A stretch of 64,000 nucleotides of DNA from a virus: positions 2,493-66,492 of IMG/VR virus record IMGVR_UViG_3300046715_000149; one strand, given 5' to 3'. The notes beneath the pieces were generated by a model, which was given only the letters and a program-made list of their open reading frames with translations, did not search any database and was not told where the DNA came from. Every line of letters starts with the position of its first letter. Positions within the stretch are counted from its first letter, which is position 1. Below, in pieces: positions 17,020 to 28,187 of the stretch. A program made the position numbers and the translations under genes.

Positions 17020-17613
17020 ATGACGCTGACGCTGGGACAGATCACGGCCGAGGTGCGCGAGGTCAACATCGCGCACGGCTGGCGGCCGGCCGAGGGTGGG
17101 CCGGGCGAGAACACGTGGGGCGACTACATCGCGCTGATGCACTCCGAGGTGAGCGAGGCGCTGGAGGCGTACCGGGACTACCGGCTGACTGACGCGACCG
17201 AGCCGTACGACCTGATCGACCCGGAGACCGGGAAGGACGTCCCGGCCAAGCCTGAGGGCGTGGGGTCGGAGTTCGCCGACGTGCTGATCCGGCTGGTCGA
17301 CATGGCCGACGTGTTCGGGATCAGGCTGAGCGGTTACGACCACCTGACCGACCTCCGCGCGCACGCGCCGGACAGCCGCCTGTCGGTGGTCACGTTCGGC
17401 GATCACATGATGTGGCTGCACCGCGAGATCTCGGACGCCGTGCTCAGCCCGGCCAGGCTCGCGCTGGTGCTGCGCGCGCTGGACACGATCGCCCGCAAGT
17501 ACGGCATCGACCTCGAGGCGGAGTACGTGCGGAAGATCGCGTACAACCGGACGCGGGTCTGGCAGCACGGCGGGCGCACGCTCGCCGGAGAGAAGGAGAT
17601 CGAGAATGCGTAA
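17020..17613 (+). CDS. MazG-like NTP pyrophosphohydrolase
   Basis: IALMHSEVSEALEAYR, GSEFADVLIR, KIAYNRTR..HGG. Confidence 0.85.
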   Translation: MTLTLGQITAEVREVNIAHGWRPAEGGPGENTWGDYIALMHSEVSEALEAYRDYRLTDATEPYDLIDPETGKDVPAKPEGVGSEFADVLIRLVDMADVFGIRLSGYDHLTDLRAHAPDSRLSVVTFGDHMMWLHREISDAVLSPARLALVLRALDTIARKYGIDLEAEYVRKIAYNRTRVWQHGGRTLAGEKEIENA

Positions 17614-17863
17614 GGCGACAGAGGATGTGCTCGCGCGGACCGAGGCGGAGCGGCAGATCGGGGATGTGCTGGAACGGGAGGGCTTGATCGACGGCAGCAC
17701 GCACGAGCCGACCGAGGTGGGCCGGGCGGTGCTGAACGCGCTGGGCAGGTTCGTGGAGTTCGAGACCGGCACCAGCAAGGACCCGGACCGGCAGGCCGTG
17801 GCGATGCGGCGGCTGGTCACCACCGGCCCGTGGGAGATCGACCCGAACGGGGTCGCCAAGTAG
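17606..17863 (+). CDS. hypothetical protein
   Basis: SD AAGGAG; overlaps the MazG stop. Confidence 0.6.
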   Translation: MRKATEDVLARTEAERQIGDVLEREGLIDGSTHEPTEVGRAVLNALGRFVEFETGTSKDPDRQAVAMRRLVTTGPWEIDPNGVAK

Positions 17864-17917
17864 CAAACGGCGCGGGGCGGCTCCGGTCGCCCCGCGTGCA
17901 CCGAGGGGAGAGGGAGC

Positions 17918-18634
17918 ATGACGATCACCGACGAGGGCCGCGTGGCGTACGGGTGCAACCCGCGGGCGCGGTGCGGAGACACGCAGGGCGCGTGGACCAA
18001 GGGATGCCGGCACCCGGGCGCGGTCCGGGCGCACGAGCAGTGGATGAACGAACGGCAGGCGCTGAAGGAGGCGGCGAAAGGCTGGCCGGCCGGTCAGTGC
18101 CTGGCGCCGATCCACAACACCCGGTGGGCGGCCGCGGTGCACGCCTGCCGCTGCCCGGGGGCGCTCAGGGCGGTTGCGCTGGACATCCAGCGCCGTTCCA
18201 CGCTGGCCAAGGACGAGCGGGCTCGGGCGTACGCGCTGGAGTACGACCGGGAGGTCCGGCGCATCGAGCGCGCGACCGGCGGGCGGCTGTCGGCCGACCC
18301 GCGGCGGGAGTGGCGCTACGGCAAGGCGGGGGTCAGCTCGATCACCGTGATGATGATGCTGCACGGCTTCCCCGACAACCCCACCCGGGCCGAGCGGATG
18401 GTCGCGATCATCAAGCTGGACGGCCGGATGGTCCGCGACGAGCACACCGCGCAGATGCGGCCGATGTTCAAGAGCGAGATCGGCGCGCGGATCGGGTGCA
18501 CCGAGGCGACCGTGCGGCGACTGCGGGCCGAGCGCGAGCGGCGCCGGGACGAGCGGACGCTGCGCCGGCTGGCCGACGCGCAGTGGCGGGCGGCGCACCA
18601 CGCGCACGGGGCGGAGCGACGGCCGAGACCCTGA
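17918..18634 (+). CDS. Cys/His-rich protein with C-terminal HTH
   Basis: H...CRC motifs; KSEIGARIGCTEATVRR HTH. Confidence 0.65.
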   Translation: MTITDEGRVAYGCNPRARCGDTQGAWTKGCRHPGAVRAHEQWMNERQALKEAAKGWPAGQCLAPIHNTRWAAAVHACRCPGALRAVALDIQRRSTLAKDERARAYALEYDREVRRIERATGGRLSADPRREWRYGKAGVSSITVMMMLHGFPDNPTRAERMVAIIKLDGRMVRDEHTAQMRPMFKSEIGARIGCTEATVRRLRAERERRRDERTLRRLADAQWRAAHHAHGAERRPRP

Positions 18635-18968
18635 CCGGTCGGTGGTAGAACCGGCATTGCGCACGTGCTTACGCTGACCCGACCCCGTCTCGTGCGGGGT
18701 CGGCCCGTATCGAGGGGGAGACGATGGTACGATGGAACCTGTCAATCCGTCCGTGAGCAGGGGATATTCATGGTCAGGACAGCAAAGGATCGAGCGCTGT
18801 ACGCCAGCGGGAAGGCCGCCGAGGCCGCGCAGCGCCGGCGATGGCAGAAGGTTGTCGCGGAGATGCGGGCGAACGGTCTCGATGTGCTCGTCTTCCCGGC
18901 CGGGGAGCGGGAGGAACACCAGGACTACACCCTCTACGCCGTCCCCGCCGCGAGGCGCTGAGACGGCG

Positions 18969-18998
18969 AAAGCCCGCGGTACGAACGCGGGCTCTCTG
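18969..18998 (+). terminator. hairpin terminator candidate
   Basis: AGCCCGCG-GTACGAA-CGCGGGCT followed by CTCT. Confidence 0.45.
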
Positions 18999-19029
18999 AT
19001 CACCGGGACGAGCAACAGAAGGAGTTGTC

Positions 19030-19458
19030 GTGACCAATGATAACGGATCGGCTACTCAACGGCTGATCGACGCCCTCGGCGACCCCGACCGGCTCTACGA
19101 CCGCGGGCAACTGGCGTTCCTCATGGGCGCCGCGATGCGCTGGGGATACGAGGCGGCCGAGGCAGAGATGGCCGCCGACCCGATGTCCTGGGCGGCCGGG
19201 CTCGAACAGGGCTACCGGCTGCGGTGCGCCGAGCAGGAGGAGGGCTACCCGCCCCCGCCGTACCTGTTGGTCGCGGGGGTCAAGGTGGGCGGCGACCAGC
19301 GGGCGGCGCGCGAGGCGGTGGCCGCCGACCGGACGCAGCGCTACGCGGGCGGGCCGGTCGAGGTGTGGGAGGCCGACCGGCCCGAGCCGGCCCGTGACCC
19401 CCGGCCGATGCGGGTGCGCAAGGTCGACGGGCTGTGGACCTGGGCGGAGCAGCTGTGA
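19030..19458 (+). CDS. hypothetical protein
   Basis: SD AAGGAG before GTG. Confidence 0.65.
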   Translation: MTNDNGSATQRLIDALGDPDRLYDRGQLAFLMGAAMRWGYEAAEAEMAADPMSWAAGLEQGYRLRCAEQEEGYPPPPYLLVAGVKVGGDQRAAREAVAADRTQRYAGGPVEVWEADRPEPARDPRPMRVRKVDGLWTWAEQL

Positions 19459-19504
19459 TCGATTCCGGACACGCGCGCCGCGTGGCAGAGCGCCGAGGTA
19501 CGCC

Positions 19505-19777
19505 ATGAGGACCGTGACGATCGGGACCGACCCGGCCTGCGACATCGTGGTCGACGACCCGTACGCCTCGCCGGTGCACTGCCGGTTAACCGAGGGCAGA
19601 TTCTGCGTCTGGGTGGTTCAGGATCTCGGCTCGACAAACGGCACGACGGTCATGCGTAACGGACAGATCCGGGACAGGCTGGGCCTGGGTGCAACGTGCC
19701 ATCTCACCACCGGTGATGTGCTGGTGATCGGGCGGACCCGGATGCCGCCGTTCACGCCGGAGCGGGTGGCGGGATGA
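19505..19777 (+). CDS. stand-alone FHA-domain protein
   Basis: VTIGT..CDIVVDDPYASPVH...VQDLGSTNGT...LTTGDVLVIG. Confidence 0.85.
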   Translation: MRTVTIGTDPACDIVVDDPYASPVHCRLTEGRFCVWVVQDLGSTNGTTVMRNGQIRDRLGLGATCHLTTGDVLVIGRTRMPPFTPERVAG

Positions 19778-21315
19778 CGCCGCCGGAGGAGATCTCGGCT
19801 GCCGAGGATCTCTGGGCGGGAGAGCGGGTCGACGAGGACGGCTACGTCCTCGAGCGCGACGACGTGTACGGGGACGAGGTCGGCCCGCACGTGGTCGGCT
19901 CCACTCCGGCCGACATGACCGCGCAGGAGGCCATCGCCGCGCGCTACCGGCTGCCCGAGGAGTTCTGGGGCTCGCGCGAGGTGTTCAAGCTGATCCGCCA
20001 GGCCGCGTGGCAGAGCCAGACTCACCCGGACGCCGTGCTCGCCTGCGTGCTGACCAGAGTGGCCGGCGCGCTCGGGCCCGAGGTCAGCTTCGACACCGGC
20101 AAGAGCCTCGGCACGATGAGCCTGTTCGCGGTGCTGCTGAGCAAGAGCGGCATCGGCAAGTCGGACGCGGTCAAGGCGGCCAAGCGGCTGATGCGGATGC
20201 CCTCGTGGTTGTGCGGGCCGGACGGCGCGATCGACATGGACGTGTTCCGCGACGGGTTGTCGCTGAGCACCGGCGAGGGCCTGGCCGAGACGTTCATGGG
20301 CACCGTCGAGGTGGAGGCGACCAACCCCGACGGCTCGGTCAAGTACGAGATGAAGGGCCGCGGCCGCAACGCGGTGCCCGAGCCGGTCATGGTCAAGGTG
20401 CGCAAGGCGGTCCGCGGCCGGGCCTGGTTCTACGTCGACGAGGGAGAGGTGCTGACCAAGCTGATGCACGAGCGGTCCGGTGCCACGCTGGGCGGGCACT
20501 TGCGGACGGCCTGGTCGGGCGCCGCGCTGTCGCAGTCCAACGCGTCGGAGGAGCGCTGGCGGTACGTCCCGGACGGCAGCTACACGGTCGGCATGATCAT
20601 CGGCTACCAGCCGGAGACCGCCGTGACCATGCTGTCCGAGGTCGGCCCGGGCACCCCGCAGCGGTTCCTGTGGCTGGGCGCCCAGGACACCGAGATGCCC
20701 CACCCCGACGAGGCCTTCGAGTTCCCCGAGCCGCTCGTGCTGCCATCCGAGCACCGCCGGACCGGGGTCGTCCAGTTCCCGGCCGAACTGCGCCGGTGGT
20801 TCCGCCACCAGATCCACGGCAAGCACGTCGGCACCATCGAGTTCGACCCGATGGACTCGCACGAGCCGCTGATGCGGGCCAAGCTGTCGGCGCTGCTGTG
20901 CTACATCGACGGCCGGATGCTGGTCGATCGGGACGACTGGATCCTGGCCGGCATGATCTGGTCGGTCTCCTGCGCGATCCGCAACCGGCTGATCCGCTAC
21001 CGCGACCAGCAGGCCGAGCGGAGCGCCGAGGAGAAGCGCGCGGCCCGGATCACCGAGGCGGTGGAGATCGAGACGGCCAAGGCGGGCATCGGCGCCGACG
21101 TCGAGCGGGTGGCCCGGCGGATCTATCACTACGTGGCCGAGGCGGCGCCGGAACCGTTCACGTCGGTCAAGGCGTACGTGATCTACAAGAAGTTGTCACG
21201 CGACAAGCCTTTGTTCAAGGCCGCGGTGGCGCACGCGGTGTCCATCGGATGGATCAACGAGATAGATGAGGGTGGATTGGAAACGGGCTCTTCGATGCCA
21301 AACGAGCGATCTTGA
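19774..21315 (+). CDS. DUF3987/YfjI-like replication helicase/ATPase
   Basis: Walker A-like SKSGIGKS, STGEGL, YVDEGE, LRTAWSG, QRFLW, C-terminal wHTH-like region. Confidence 0.7.
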   Translation: MTPPEEISAAEDLWAGERVDEDGYVLERDDVYGDEVGPHVVGSTPADMTAQEAIAARYRLPEEFWGSREVFKLIRQAAWQSQTHPDAVLACVLTRVAGALGPEVSFDTGKSLGTMSLFAVLLSKSGIGKSDAVKAAKRLMRMPSWLCGPDGAIDMDVFRDGLSLSTGEGLAETFMGTVEVEATNPDGSVKYEMKGRGRNAVPEPVMVKVRKAVRGRAWFYVDEGEVLTKLMHERSGATLGGHLRTAWSGAALSQSNASEERWRYVPDGSYTVGMIIGYQPETAVTMLSEVGPGTPQRFLWLGAQDTEMPHPDEAFEFPEPLVLPSEHRRTGVVQFPAELRRWFRHQIHGKHVGTIEFDPMDSHEPLMRAKLSALLCYIDGRMLVDRDDWILAGMIWSVSCAIRNRLIRYRDQQAERSAEEKRAARITEAVEIETAKAGIGADVERVARRIYHYVAEAAPEPFTSVKAYVIYKKLSRDKPLFKAAVAHAVSIGWINEIDEGGLETGSSMPNERS

Positions 21316-21320
21316 AAAGT

Positions 21321-21532
21321 GGGGTTCATGGGGTTCACGTGAACCCCATCGGGCACTCTGGCGGTTGCAAAAACGGTAAGGGTACCCTAAGTTGATCGTG
21401 GAGTCCAAGATCTCAAAAAACAGGGCCTGACCTGCGTATATATATAGATATAGATATAGAGTAGCTTGATTAAAATAACGCGCGAGCAAACCAGAGAGAC
21501 ACCCCCTTGGGGTTCATGAACCCCAGAACCCC
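21321..21532. other. putative replication origin (iteron-like repeats flanking an AT-rich core)
   Basis: GGGGTTCA/TGAACCCC at 21321, 21330, 21340, 21509, 21517, plus AGAACCCC at 21525; TATATATAGATATAGATATAGA...TTAAAATAA between the clusters. Confidence 0.6.
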
Positions 21533-21949
21533 ATCGGTAAGCCGTGGCTTACCGAGTAGACATCGATGGGAGTCGAAGGATGACTGAGCGCAGGTGCCGC
21601 AACGGCGGGAAGGCGTGGCCGTTCCATGCCGGCCACGCGGGGGCGCAGGACTACGCGACGGAGCCAATCGTGGTGGCGGTCGGGCGCGAGTTCGCCGAGG
21701 AGGTCTCCGCGCTCGCGGGCTTCGTCGGTGAGGGGTTGGTGGAGATGACCCACGCAGACGGCTGCATGTGCGAGGGAGCGCGTCGGCCGACTGCGGCGTG
21801 CGTGCGGAACACAATGACCAGCGACCTCACGTAGCCGCTGTGGGCCGTTCAGGGGCTGGCGTAGGGGTCAGGGTGGGCAGAGGCTTTCTGGAGGCGCACA
21901 GAGCCGCTCAGGCCGTTTCTGACCGAACGGCTGATACGGGTTCCGGGTG

Positions 21950-21997
21950 TTGCCCCCCGATCACCGTCGGGAGTACAGTAAGCCGTAACGAGAGGGG
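21950..21997 (+). promoter_or_regulatory. promoter TTGCCC-N18-TACAGT with motif and RBS (29-bp repeat, copy 2)
   Basis: Exact match to 5700-5728 on the minus strand. Confidence 0.8.
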
Positions 21998-22004
21998 TTG
22001 TGGG

Positions 22005-24050
22005 ATGACTGAGGGGAAGGTGGCCCTGCCCACCGTTGCGGACAAGCAGGCTGAGCAGGTGCAACGCCAGGCCGCGCGGGTGGTCAAGCAGCTTCGGGAC
22101 CTGGCCGACCGGGTGGAGCAGGAGGTCGTCCAGCAGGTCAAGTCCGCCAAGGCGGGCAGTTCGGAGTGGTCGTCCTACGGATGGGTGGCCTCGCGGGTCG
22201 TGCACGAGGTCCAGTGGGGCGTCGCCAACTTGCCGCTCAGCCAGCTCGTCTCCGACGCCGCTGCGGCCGACGTCTACCGCGCGACGGGGGAGTGACCGCC
22301 GTGCACATCGTGGTGACGGTGCAGCTGGACACGGCCGGCGGGATGCGGGTGGCCGCGTCCGATCCGATGGACTGGACGCAGGCCGACATCGAGCGCCGTC
22401 GGCTGCTGGCCGTGCTCGCGCAGCAGCAGCCGCGCGACGTGGCAGCGGGCCGGGTGCGCGCGACGGTCTGCGAGATCGGCGACGAGGTGCTGGTGCGGTG
22501 AGCGACCGGGTGCAGCTGGACGAGCCGCAGCACGCGGCTCTGGCGCGCGAGGTGGTCGCCGCGGCCCGCGAGTACTACCGGACCGGCGGTGACGTGACCG
22601 CGCACAACGAGCTGATGGACGCCGTACAGCGGCTCGAGGAGTCGTACCGAAAACTGCTGATCCGGCCGACCTCGTGCTGGTGTGGCACTGGCCACGAGCA
22701 CGAGCGCGGCGCGGGCTACCACTGCCGCCCGAAGGGGCCGGGGGTAGGTCATGGCCGCGAGTGATCACCCCGGCTACCGCGTGCCGACCCGCGCCGGTGA
22801 GGCGCGTGCCAAGTCGGCCGGCATCGTGCTCGACAATCACCGGATCGAGCGGGACGGCAGCGTGTGGCTGTGCGTGCACTGCAAGGTCACGTGGCCATGG
22901 CCGCAACCCCTGCCGATGCCGGCTGTGCCGTGCGTCCCGCGCAGGTGGGGTGACCAGTGACCGGCTTGGCGTGGGCGGCCGGCGTGATCGGCTACGTGGT
23001 CGTGGCCGTGCTGACCGCGCGCCTGTTCGTTCGCGCCGACCTGGAGCGGGCCGCGCGCCACGCGCTGAAGGATCGCAGAGATGCGGCTCGTTACGTGAAG
23101 CCGGGGGCGGACGCCGAGGAGCGCGAGCGATGGGCATCCGTCCAAGGATCATTGATCACCCAGAATGACCGTGACGAGTCGGCCCGCCTCGGGCTCACGG
23201 TGGGCGCGGGCTGGCCGATCTTCTGGCTGTTCACGGCCGCTCTTGCCTTGGTCGCCATGCTGGCCGGCCTGCTCCACATGGGTGCCCGCAAGATGTCCGC
23301 GGACATCGTTCCGCAGGCCGAGCGGGACCGCCTGGCTGCCATCACGCAACGACGCGAGCGGCAGGAGCTGGACCTTCTTCGCAAGCAGGCCCGCGACCTC
23401 AGCCTGCCGTTCCCCCGGGACGACGCATGAGCCCCGGCGGAGTGACCTGGCTGCGGGTGACGATCCTCGCGCTCTACGCCTTCACCGGCGGCGGCGTGGC
23501 TGTCGGTGGCATGACCGCGGGCGAGCTCGTCCTGATGGTCGTCCTCGGCGTGATCGCGTTCGCAGGCATCGTGCTGGCCGACTGGATCAACGCGGACGCG
23601 CGCGGAGGGACGGCGAGTGAGCACCGCTGAGCAGATGGACTGGCTTACCCGGCGATTGCTGCACACGTCGCAGCACAACAAATGCCCGATCTTTATCGCT
23701 GGACGGATACAGGACGACATCAATGCACTGCGATCAATGGCCGGACTGCCGGAGTTCGTCTGGGGCGACTGGGTGCCGGACGAGGAAGTGCAGCGGTGCA
23801 CCGTGCATGCCGAGGACTGCACAGGTCAGCACACTCATCCTGCGGCCGGCCCGTGAGTGCGTCAGGCCAGATGCCCAGCGACTACGGCCAGCACTGGACG
23901 CCCGAGGCGGCCTGGCCGGACTACGGCGCGTGCGGGTGCGGCGCCGAGGCAGCCACGCCGTGCCTGGACCGCCGAATCAAGCACCTTCCGCCCCGCAAGA
24001 TGTGGACCGCCCACCCGGACCGGCAATGCTTCACGGGAGTCAGAGGATGA
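22005..24050 (+). other. cluster of ~9 small coupled hypothetical/membrane ORFs
   Basis: Consecutive GTGA/ATGA overlaps (22005-22295, 22292-22501, 22498-22764, 22751-22960, 22957-23430, 23427-23630, 23617-23856...). Confidence 0.55.
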
Positions 24051-24054
24051 CGAT

Positions 24055-24549
24055 ATGAGCGAATATGTGCGGAGTCCGATCATCGAGATCACCGTGTACG
24101 GGACACCAGCCCCGCAGGGGTCGAAGTCCTTCAAGGGCATCAGCGGCGGGCGCGGGATCATGGTGGAGTCGTCCAAGAAGGTGAAGCCCTGGCGTGATGC
24201 GGTCCGCGCGGACGCGATCGTGGAGCGGCAGGCGATGACCGCGTTCGCGGTGCTGGACGAGCCGCTGTACGCCGAGATGGTCTTCACGTTCGTCCGCCCG
24301 CGGTCGCACTACCGGACCGGCCGCAACGCGCACCTTCTCCGCGATGGGGCTCCGGACCGGCCGTCGGCCAAGCCGGACGTGTCGAAGCTGTGCCGGTCGA
24401 CAGAGGACGCGCTGACCGACGCGGGGATCTGGCGGGACGACGCCCGGGTGGTCGAGTACACCCGGCTGGCGAAGGTGTTCGCGGGCGAGGACAAGGACGC
24501 GCTGGACTCGCCCGGTGCGGTGATCCGGGTCTACCGCAACATTGGTTAG
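24055..24549 (+). CDS. rusA: RusA-family Holliday junction resolvase
   Basis: GTPAPQGSK, KPWR, KPDVSKLCRSTEDALT..GIWRDDARVV. Confidence 0.9.
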   Translation: MSEYVRSPIIEITVYGTPAPQGSKSFKGISGGRGIMVESSKKVKPWRDAVRADAIVERQAMTAFAVLDEPLYAEMVFTFVRPRSHYRTGRNAHLLRDGAPDRPSAKPDVSKLCRSTEDALTDAGIWRDDARVVEYTRLAKVFAGEDKDALDSPGAVIRVYRNIG

Positions 24550-24601
24550 ATCAACGACGAGTTGCGGATTGCGTCCGCAACTTCGAACGACAGGAGACGA
24601 G

Positions 24602-25933
24602 ATGGGTGCGGAGAAGATGCCTGGTCGCCGGTTCGGCGTGCCAGCCGGACGGACCGAGCGGACCGAGCGGATGGTGCGGACCGTCTACCCGGACGGGACG
24701 ACCGTGGACAGTGAGCCTGCCGAGGTGGCCAAGGGTGCGGGGATGGCCTGGGCTGGCCTCGCGGGGATCTTCGCGAAGGCGGGCGCACCGGAGGGGACGC
24801 GGCGCAAGACGTTCACCCGCACGGTGATCGTCGAGGCAAGCCCGTGGGTCGAGGTGGTCCTACCGGACGCCGAGGAGCCGGCTGGCGAGGATGCGGCGGT
24901 CGGATCATGAAGGCGCTGATCATCGGCGGCGAGCGGCACGGCGAGTGGATCGACGTGCTCGACGGCTCGCACGCGTGGGTGGACATCCGCACCGCGGACA
25001 CCTTCCGCATCCGCAAACTCGGGTGGGGGGTGACCCGCATCGGGCAGGGTGGCGCCGAGCTGACCGGCGAGAAGTACAAGGTCGTCCTGGCGATCCACCC
25101 GGTGATCGCGACCGGCGACGCGATGGAGCAGCAGATCGTTACGCAGATGATCCAGATGATGGCGATGAACCTGTTCATCCGCACGCACGGTGAGGCGGTC
25201 GACCCCGAGCCGGTGCCCGACACTCCGGCGGTCCTGTTCGGCCCGGACGGGGGCCCGCTGTGATCGAGCGACTCCGCGGCACCGACCGCACAGACGACCC
25301 GCTGTTCAACCTGGACGAGGCATTCCTGCCGTTCCGCGTCTTGGTCATGAGCTCCCAGTGGTACGCGACCTACCTGTTCGGCATGGCCGCCGCGCCGATC
25401 GGCATCGACTGGCAGCGTCGCTACCGGGAGCCCAAGCCGGGCGAACTGTGCTTCGCCACTGACTACGCGATCAACCCGCGCGCCGACGCGGACACGCTGC
25501 TGAAATCGTTCGGCTACTTCCTCGGCGAGCAGCAGGAGCCGATCTACGACGACGAGACGTGGGCCAAGGTCCAGGATCAATACGATGATCGGAAGGACTG
25601 TCCGACCGAGCGGGTCTTCTACATCCAGTACGGCCCGAAGCCGGACGACGTGTGCCGGTGGGAGAACGCCCAGTGCCAGGTGATCGCCACTCGCGCGATC
25701 AGCGACGAACTGCACGATAGGTGGCGGTCGTGACCGACTGGTTCCGGGTGACCGTCGAGGACCTCCAGACCGGAGACAAGCAGGTGGTCGAGGTGGCCGG
25801 GGGGGACTACGTGATCAACACGTTCGGCTCGTGCTACCTCGACTCGATGCAGACCTACATGGGCGGCACCGTCCAGGTGTTCATCAAGGACCACCGCCCG
25901 GCCGCCAAGCCACGACACCCGGAGTCGGCGTGA
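24602..25933 (+). other. four coupled hypothetical ORFs (24602-24910, 24907-25263, 25260-25733, ~25730-25933)
   Basis: 4-nt start/stop overlaps and high-GC3 frames. Confidence 0.55.
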
Positions 25934-26217
25934 CGGGCCGCGCGGGCTACTCCCTGCCCGAGACGCGGGCGGTGATCGAGGCGCTGGTCGCCGTCCGCGT
26001 GGCGCACGGCCTGTCGCAGAAGGATCTCGCCGACCTGATGGGTGCCGATCAGGCGTGGCTGAGCACCGTCGAGACGGGCGGCCGGCCCGATCCGCAGTTC
26101 TCCACGATCGTCCGCCTTGCTCAGGCGCTGGGCGTGACGTCATCCCTCACGATCTACGACCCACGCTCCGGCGACTCGTGGATCCTGCCGATCACCCCCG
26201 ACCGGAGGGCAGCCTGA
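25930..26217 (+). CDS. XRE-family HTH protein
   Basis: RVAHGLSQKDLADLMGADQAWLSTVETG..PDPQFSTIVRLAQALG. Confidence 0.85.
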   Translation: MTGRAGYSLPETRAVIEALVAVRVAHGLSQKDLADLMGADQAWLSTVETGGRPDPQFSTIVRLAQALGVTSSLTIYDPRSGDSWILPITPDRRAA

Positions 26218-26423
26218 TGGCCCACGACCGGCCCGACCGGCACCCGCTGTGCACCTGCCCGGAGTCGACCTTTACCTTCTGGCCGGACCGCGATGCATGC
26301 AGGGCCCGGGCCTTCCCGCTCGACCCGCACCCGGTGCTGGAGATCGAGGACATCCGGGACATCAGGGCGATCGTCGCCGGTCTGTACCCGCCCGGTTCTC
26401 GCAGTTCGGAGCGCTGACATGCC

Positions 26424-27062
26424 ATGATCGCGGCCATGACGCGCACGGAGACGAGCATGGCGGACCGGTGCTACGAGGCGACGTCCGACGCGCGGGGCCG
26501 GATCGATCGGCTGTATCCGCTGATCGTCGAGCCAGAGAACGGCGGCCCGGACACCGGGACGATCGGCCGGCACGCGCCCGAGTCGTCCGAGCCGTGGGGC
26601 AAGCAGGCCGCCGGCGCCTACTTCGACCTGTACTTCGGCGCTCGCGAGTACGCCCGGGCCATGCGCGGCGCCGCGCGGATGCGCCGTCCGGCCGACGTGT
26701 GCGGGCACGCGGCCCTCGACATCGTGGACGCGATGGTGACCATCTCGCAGCCGTTCATCCTGCGCGGTGTGACTCGCGGACTCGAGCGGCTGGTCCGCCA
26801 GGCCGATCAGGTACCGGGTATCGACGAGGGTGAGCCGTGGGTGGCGCTGCCCAGCCTGCCCGGTCTTCCGCCGCTCGCGTGCCCGTACTGTCGGACGTTC
26901 GGCTTGCGTATGCTCAAGCGCAAGGGTGAGGTCAAGTGTTTCTTCCCCGGCTGCACGGACTCCGACGGATCGCCGACCCGGGCGCGACTGGAGCCGGGCC
27001 GGATGACGGGTGAGGCGCGGCTGATCTTCGGAGACGGCATCATGATGGGCGGCGAGGCGTGA
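26424..27062 (+). CDS. Zn-finger protein (possible transcriptional regulator)
   Basis: CPYC..FGLR...VKC..PGC motif. Confidence 0.55.
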   Translation: MIAAMTRTETSMADRCYEATSDARGRIDRLYPLIVEPENGGPDTGTIGRHAPESSEPWGKQAAGAYFDLYFGAREYARAMRGAARMRRPADVCGHAALDIVDAMVTISQPFILRGVTRGLERLVRQADQVPGIDEGEPWVALPSLPGLPPLACPYCRTFGLRMLKRKGEVKCFFPGCTDSDGSPTRARLEPGRMTGEARLIFGDGIMMGGEA

Positions 27063-28187
27063 GGATCGAGCGATACCTCGGCCGGGTGATCGGCTTGCGC
27101 AGCAGGTCAGGGAGACGTTGGCTGATCGACGCGCTGACCGCGCGGGCCATTCGGTTGCACAAGCAGTCGGGCGGCCCGGCGTGAGTGTCCGGATCACCAG
27201 GGAAGTTCTGGACGCGATGAACACCGGCATGCCGCATGATCTGGCCTTGGTGACCAGGGCGCGCCAGATTCTGGAGGCGGCCGGGTGTGAGGTGGAGATC
27301 CATCCTGCGGAGAAGGCCGAAATCGATCGGCTGCACAGGATGGCCGAGCGCTGTCACGCCGAGGCCGACGCGCTGGCGGCCCGGTTGAGTGGTGGCGCAT
27401 GAGTGAATCAGTCGAGGCGCAGACACTTCCCCACCCGTGCGGCGCGACGAGGCCGCCCCTGCGTGACCCCGGCTGGGAGTGCACCGGCCGGGACCTGATC
27501 ATCGTCACTACGACGAAGGTAACGGGCGAACTCCTGCCCGTCGTCCTTCCCGCGCGAGCCCTGGAGATCCACGAGCCTGAGGATTGGTGGGACACCCCGG
27601 TCCGTCCGTTCACCGGTGGCGACCACCTGCATCTCTGCGTGCCGCGGCGCCCGACCTCGTTTCGGGGCGACACGGTGATGCACGAGGGTGACGCTGCGGT
27701 CCTGTGGAAATATCTGGGCCCGGTCGCCGGCGGGGGGCATGCCTGGATGGGCCCGCCCCCGGAAGGGTCATGAGCGTGCCGTTCACGAAGCTGAAGAAGC
27801 CCGACGGCCAGTACTCCGTCGCCGATCCCAACCAGACGCTCGTGCGTCTCCCCGCCCCCACGCAGGGCGCCGATCTGAGGTCGGCCGAGGCCTACCCGAA
27901 TACGGCCGAGCGCGTGCTCCGGTTCATCCGTGACGTGCTGGCCGCGGTCGCGCTGGCGATGGTGATCGTGGTGCTCGCCCTGGCCGCGCGGTTCATGGTG
28001 TCGGTGGCTGCGGCGATCGACCAGTGGCGGGCCGAGTCGGTCGCTGTCGACTGTCCGGCCGGTCCTGGGCAGTGTGGCGGATGAGGCGCCGCCGCCGTCT
28101 GCTCACGGCCGAGGAGGGCATGACCATCGCGGTCGGCGCGGCGTTCCTCGTCGCGGCCGCCGCCTACGTCACGCTGCGGGTGATCTG

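Noticed and set aside
15573-21129. Long minus-strand ORFs (15739-18000, 17444-19015, 19618-21129)
   Set aside because: Shadows of well-supported plus-strand genes.
21438-21461. TATATATAGATATAGATATAGA as a stand-alone microsatellite
   Set aside because: Better explained as the AT-rich core of the ori-like region.
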